This document shows positions 60,469 to 64,000 of a DNA stretch of 64,000 bases, piece by piece; within the stretch, counting starts at the first letter, position 1; each line of letters starts with the position of its first letter. Both the position numbers and the translations under genes were made by a program. The DNA is taken from positions 209,542-273,541 of the forward strand of contig JBJLFO010000001.1 in NCBI GenBank assembly GCA_045565315.1, written 5' to 3'. Under the pieces are notes generated by a model. The model did not search any database. It worked only from the letters and a program-made list of their open reading frames with translations, and was not told the DNA's origin. The stretch is from Alphaproteobacteria bacterium. GTDB taxonomy: Bacteria; Pseudomonadota; Alphaproteobacteria; Rhizobiales; TMED25.

Positions 60469-60499
60469 TAGGTAGGTCTAACCAGAATAGGCCTACCTA
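60469..60499 (+). other. Strong stem-loop immediately after phnD (candidate mRNA stabiliser or partial terminator)
   Basis: TAGGTAGGTCT-aaccagaat-AGGCCTACCTA: 11-bp stem with 1 mismatch, starting 14 nt after the phnD stop. Confidence 0.55.
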
Positions 60500-60518
60500 A
60501 CATTTCTCTGGGAATATA

Positions 60519-61388
60519 ATGCTTGAAATACCTTCAACTCAAAAATACAAAACACAGTATTTCAATCTTATAAAAAAGCGTCGAACGTACAGCGCTATTT
60601 TACTTGGCATTTTTATCGTTCTTATGATATCTGGCTTTAATGTTGTCGATGATAGGAACGCTGGTGGTTTTTGGGCGGGAATCACCAGTATCTTTGACTT
60701 TCCCAAGGAAGTGATTTTAGAGGCTAGTGAAAAAGCCGATAAAATTCCTGGCCTTTTCGTAAAGTTCTTTCCGTCACTAATAGAGACGATTAACATTGCA
60801 GCTGCGGCAACTCTGGCCGCATCAGTATTCGCTATATTTTTGTCCATGCTCGCGACTCAGGGCATGGCTAAGTGGCCTCGGCTCATACCAGTTTTTAGAC
60901 GTATCTTGGATATTATGAGAGCCATTCCTGATTTTGTGATAGCGCTAATATTAATTTTTATACTTGGTGGCGGCCCGGTCCCTGCTATGATTGCTATTAC
61001 CTTTCATACAACTGGAGCGCTCGGAAAGTTATTTTCAGAAGTCAACGAAAATGCGTCACTAAAACCCCTTGATGGTTTATCCTCAGTGGGTGCGAGCTGG
61101 ATGCAAAAAATGCTACTTGGCGTTATCCCGCAAGTATCTCCTAATTATTTCAGTTATGGACTATTACGTTTTGAAATCAACATACGTATTTCTGCAATTC
61201 TAGGTTTTGTAGGCGCTGGCGGAATCGGGTATGATCTAAAAAATGCAATTTCGTGGGGTAAAGGTCGGTATGACGAGGCTGGAGCTATTTTCATACTTTT
61301 ATTTGTAACTATTGTTATTGTTGATCAGCTGTCTGGCATATTGCGAGATCGTTTGACACACGGCAACAAATCTGTGGGCTTGCTATGA
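60519..61388 (+). CDS. phnE: Phosphonate ABC transporter permease
   Basis: Track ORF. PhnE-type BPD-transporter core (…NIRISAILGFVGAGGIGYDL…). Confidence 0.88.
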   Translation: MLEIPSTQKYKTQYFNLIKKRRTYSAILLGIFIVLMISGFNVVDDRNAGGFWAGITSIFDFPKEVILEASEKADKIPGLFVKFFPSLIETINIAAAATLAASVFAIFLSMLATQGMAKWPRLIPVFRRILDIMRAIPDFVIALILIFILGGGPVPAMIAITFHTTGALGKLFSEVNENASLKPLDGLSSVGASWMQKMLLGVIPQVSPNYFSYGLLRFEINIRISAILGFVGAGGIGYDLKNAISWGKGRYDEAGAIFILLFVTIVIVDQLSGILRDRLTHGNKSVGLL

Positions 61389-62704
61389 GTATCAATGGTA
61401 GAGAGACTCTCAAAACGAATGTAAATGAGCTTTTTTACTTTAAACGTGCTCGGGCAATTGGTATTCCATTAGCTGTCTTTGCATACCTCACTTATGTTTT
61501 GGTTTCTTTCGATATCATGGGCCTGAGTGAACGAGGGTCCCTAAAAAACGCAAAAACCTTAGTTGGGGATATGTATAGCTATAAGACGCATATTACTCGT
61601 GATAACCGAAACGGTGGTATTTCTGTATCCGTTGAAGGTGAAAAAAAGGGGAGATTCCCAGATGGAACAGCGCCAAGCTGGGTAGAATTAGGAAATACTA
61701 CAAAAGTAGACCTTGGCGGAGGTCATCTGATATTTTTTGGAGAAGAGGATGTTGTCTATGAGGTGCCAAATTATGGTAGAATTTGGGCCAAGCCAAGTTC
61801 ACGTGGGGTTGAAGCTGAATTCCCCGATGGACCATTACCGAAATGGATCAATCAGTCAAAAAATCGAATTGCTATTACCACGGAAGCGGGTCGCCTCAGC
61901 ATCACTCGAAATCGAGCCGAAGTATTTAGATACTTTAATGGCTGGGAGTTATTTTTCTTTACTCTCGACAGCCCATACTATGGGAAAAGTGTATCCGAAT
62001 TAGTTTCACTTGCGCATAGTGGGGAGCTTGCTGAAATATTGGAGGAGTTCTGGTACAATAAAATGTGGAGACACAGCGATGTTGCTTGGGCGATAGGTGA
62101 AACCATACTAATGGCTTTTTTGGGAACATTTGGAGCTGCCTTGATGGCATTTCCCCTTGCGTTTTTAGCGGCAAAAAATATTACGCCCTTAGCTCCCATC
62201 AGGTCACTCTTTCGTCGTATATTCGATTTTACGAGAGGCTTAGATCATTTGCTGTGGACGATAATCTTAGCAAGAGCTTTCGGACCCGGACCACTAACAG
62301 GTGCCTTAGCCATGGTTGTTACTGACACAGGAACATTTGGGAAGCTATTCTCAGAGGCTATAGAAAACGTAGATAAAAAACAGATAGATGGAGTAGAGTC
62401 AACTGGAGCGAAAAATATTCAACGCTATCGTTTCGGAGTTATTCCCCAAATTACTCCAGTTTTGCTTAGTCAAATTTTATATTACTTCGAGTCAAATATT
62501 CGTGGCGCAACTGTTATCGGCGCGATTGTAGGCGGTGGCATAGGTTTGATGCTTACTCAGGCAATTATTACGCAAAGTAACTGGGAAGAAGTTGCATATT
62601 ACATTATACTGATAATAATACTCGTCACAACCACTGATTGGTTATCAGGAAAAGTGCGTCAGCGATTAATCAAAGGCTCATCAAGCAACGATTTGATTGG
62701 ATAG
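61385..62704 (+). CDS. phnE: Phosphonate ABC transporter permease, long form with an ~180-aa N-terminal extra-membrane domain
   Basis: Track ORF of 439 aa. The C-terminal ~250 aa are paralogous to the preceding PhnE (…NIRGATVIGAIVGGGIGLML…). ATGA overlap. Confidence 0.85.
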   Translation: MSINGRETLKTNVNELFYFKRARAIGIPLAVFAYLTYVLVSFDIMGLSERGSLKNAKTLVGDMYSYKTHITRDNRNGGISVSVEGEKKGRFPDGTAPSWVELGNTTKVDLGGGHLIFFGEEDVVYEVPNYGRIWAKPSSRGVEAEFPDGPLPKWINQSKNRIAITTEAGRLSITRNRAEVFRYFNGWELFFFTLDSPYYGKSVSELVSLAHSGELAEILEEFWYNKMWRHSDVAWAIGETILMAFLGTFGAALMAFPLAFLAAKNITPLAPIRSLFRRIFDFTRGLDHLLWTIILARAFGPGPLTGALAMVVTDTGTFGKLFSEAIENVDKKQIDGVESTGAKNIQRYRFGVIPQITPVLLSQILYYFESNIRGATVIGAIVGGGIGLMLTQAIITQSNWEEVAYYIILIIILVTTTDWLSGKVRQRLIKGSSSNDLIG

Positions 62705-62705
62705 T

Positions 62706-62792
62706 AAAAAATTTCATATAATTGAAAAGAATTTATAAAGAAAATACAACATTTATAAGCGTAAGCTCAGTTTAATAGCAAGGCGCAAATGC
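62706..62792 (+). repeat. Repeat A, copy 2 (orphan copy of the phnC promoter/5'UTR/ATG, directly after the phnE2 stop)
   Basis: Aligns to 58613..58698. -35 TTGAAA is kept (62722-62727) and -10 is degraded to TACAAC (62745-62750). The ATG is followed by CAT AAA TAA. Confidence 0.85.
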
Positions 62793-62843
62793 ATAAATAA
62801 ACATTTACAAGCCAATGTAATCTACCTTGTATATTTTGATGTT
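62787..62843 (+). repeat. Repeat B, copy 2 (joined to A2 through a shared AAATGC)
   Basis: 45/57 identical to 57301..57357 with no indels. Confidence 0.8.
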
Positions 62844-62941
62844 ACCGGTCGGTTCGAGCTTGGACAATTTGCCATCACCAAAATCGACAAGCAGCTCATT
62901 TTTAGCAGTCTGCGCTATAGTAGAGTCCTGATAAATTTTTT

Positions 62942-64000
62942 TTAATGCACATTAAATAACTCTTTTGCTGTATTAAAAGCAATAGATTCTTGTGTTTCCT
63001 TGTTCAAACTCCCTATTAAGTGTCTAAGATTGTCAGTATGTTCTGTTAAAGTGATATCATAATACCTATGATTTTCCTTCCAATCAGAACCTAAATAAAA
63101 TCTACTTGGATATTTTTCAAATAATAATGCCCAATCTTCGAAAAATTCGTTAGAGACGTTATTGGGGGGTTCTAAGTTCACCCAACCAGAAGGCTTCATT
63201 ATTGGTTTTATAGATGAATATATATTTGGGCACGTGGTAATAAGTTCCTCAAGTTTTAGTGAAGTAATCATACCAGTATGAGCAAGAGATAATTTAATAT
63301 TTGGGTATTTACGACAAACATCTTTAAAGTAATCTACCGATTGATTGGTGTTTGGGCTTTCTTGACATCTAGCAGGCTCATAGTGAATGTCCATTAAAAG
63401 ACTATTTTTGTTGGCATAATCATACATTTTTAGAAATATCTCGTTATTTTTATCCAAAATCAACTCAGACTGTCTACCGGCAGTATTAATTATCTCTTCG
63501 TTCCCGCAAGATTTATCAAAATGTTGGATACCAATCTCACCAAAACCTATGCATATTCCTGTTTCTATCTGAGAAATAGTTCTATCTAGATAATCTTGAG
63601 CAAGATCAAATTTACCCTTTTGAATAAGTCCCGGGACATGACCTCCACACAAAATCTTTGTATTAAAAAGTTTTGTGATTTTTTTAAGTGTTTTGTGACG
63701 TTTTTCATCTCTTTTGAGATAGCTTTTGTATCCATTAGGAGTATCCGCAATTACAATAAGTTCATATTTGTTATGCCTCAACTCCTCAGTATATTTATCA
63801 ATATTTTTGGTCTTTTGTGGGTGTATGTGACCATCATATAACATTCCATTGTATGGTTTAGTCCATTTCCTACTTTGTCGGCATTGATTAGTAAGGTTTA
63901 TATCAGATGCCCTATCGCAATTATATCCATCAATTGCTTGATATTGAGGATAATCGTGCGCAAAGGTATTAAAATTTAGAAAAAAAAGAAATATAAAAAC
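62942..64000 (-). CDS. Amidohydrolase-like TIM-barrel hydrolase, probably secreted (partial; N-terminus beyond the right window edge)
   Basis: Track ORF 62942..63844 (YDGHIHP... metal motif). My translation shows the frame stays open to position 64000 and reads VFIFLFFLNFNTFAHDYPQYQ..., which looks like the end of a signal peptide. Confidence 0.55.
   Translation of the reverse strand, partial: VFIFLFFLNFNTFAHDYPQYQAIDGYNCDRASDINLTNQCRQSRKWTKPYNGMLYDGHIHPQKTKNIDKYTEELRHNKYELIVIADTPNGYKSYLKRDEKRHKTLKKITKLFNTKILCGGHVPGLIQKGKFDLAQDYLDRTISQIETGICIGFGEIGIQHFDKSCGNEEIINTAGRQSELILDKNNEIFLKMYDYANKNSLLMDIHYEPARCQESPNTNQSVDYFKDVCRKYPNIKLSLAHTGMITSLKLEELITTCPNIYSSIKPIMKPSGWVNLEPPNNVSNEFFEDWALLFEKYPSRFYLGSDWKENHRYYDITLTEHTDNLRHLIGSLNKETQESIAFNTAKELFNVH

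Noticed and set aside
62844-62935. A possible decayed second copy of the guaA fragment after repeat B2 (e.g. TTG CCA and GCT AT(A/C) codons at similar offsets; translated ...LP...CAIVES versus ...LP...AAIADE)
   Set aside because: Beyond the 57-nt B repeat, nucleotide identity drops to a level I cannot distinguish from chance in AT-rich DNA without a proper alignment statistic. Recorded as inconclusive.

Overview
AT-rich bacterial chromosome segment, about one-third G+C by eye. Protein sequences and gene order look alphaproteobacterial and streamlined, but the lineage cannot be proven from this window. There are four zones. (1) 1-23.5 kb is one uninterrupted minus-strand translation/transcription block: tRNA-Tyr, tRNA-Gly, tuf, tRNA-Trp, secE, nusG, rplKAJL, rpoBC, rpsLG, fusA, then the S10/spc genes rpsJ to rpsN and the start of rpsH. 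The str operon lacks its own tuf, and L3 has a long acidic tail. (2) 23.6-29.8 kb holds an RlmB-like methyltransferase, tRNA-Thr, an FAD oxidase, an EamA transporter, an amidohydrolase, infA, an aldo-keto reductase and a CMD-family protein. (3) 30-50.8 kb is an accessory catabolic/transport patchwork with no recognisable stand-alone transcription factor. It contains an SBP-less NitT/TauT-type ABC importer; a CitE-like lyase with a family III CoA-transferase and a ThDP enzyme; two M24 hydrolases; two alpha/beta hydrolases; MDR and HIBADH-like reductases; a DapA-like aldolase; an FMN 2-hydroxyacid dehydrogenase; a cupin; a Gfo/Idh/MocA enzyme; an MFS transporter; an ACMSD-like amidohydrolase; and an HsaA-like flavin monooxygenase. 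(4) 50.8-64 kb starts with a visibly GC-richer TroA/ZnuA-type metal ABC operon that has a near-consensus promoter, a palindromic operator, and a permease with an extra C-terminal winged-helix-like tail. Then come three tiny AT-rich hypotheticals, a 45-nt 3' stub of tRNA-Lys(CUU), a 5'-truncated guaA, and a GC-richer phnCDEE phosphonate-uptake operon. That operon is framed by two nested pairs of diverged direct repeats, one pair being a duplicated phnC promoter/5'UTR/ATG. I saw no rRNA, CRISPR array, transposase, integrase or recognisable defence system. The best candidates for something new are the mosaic 57-63 kb junction and the permease-fused DNA-binding-like domain; both are inferences that need database and structure checks.
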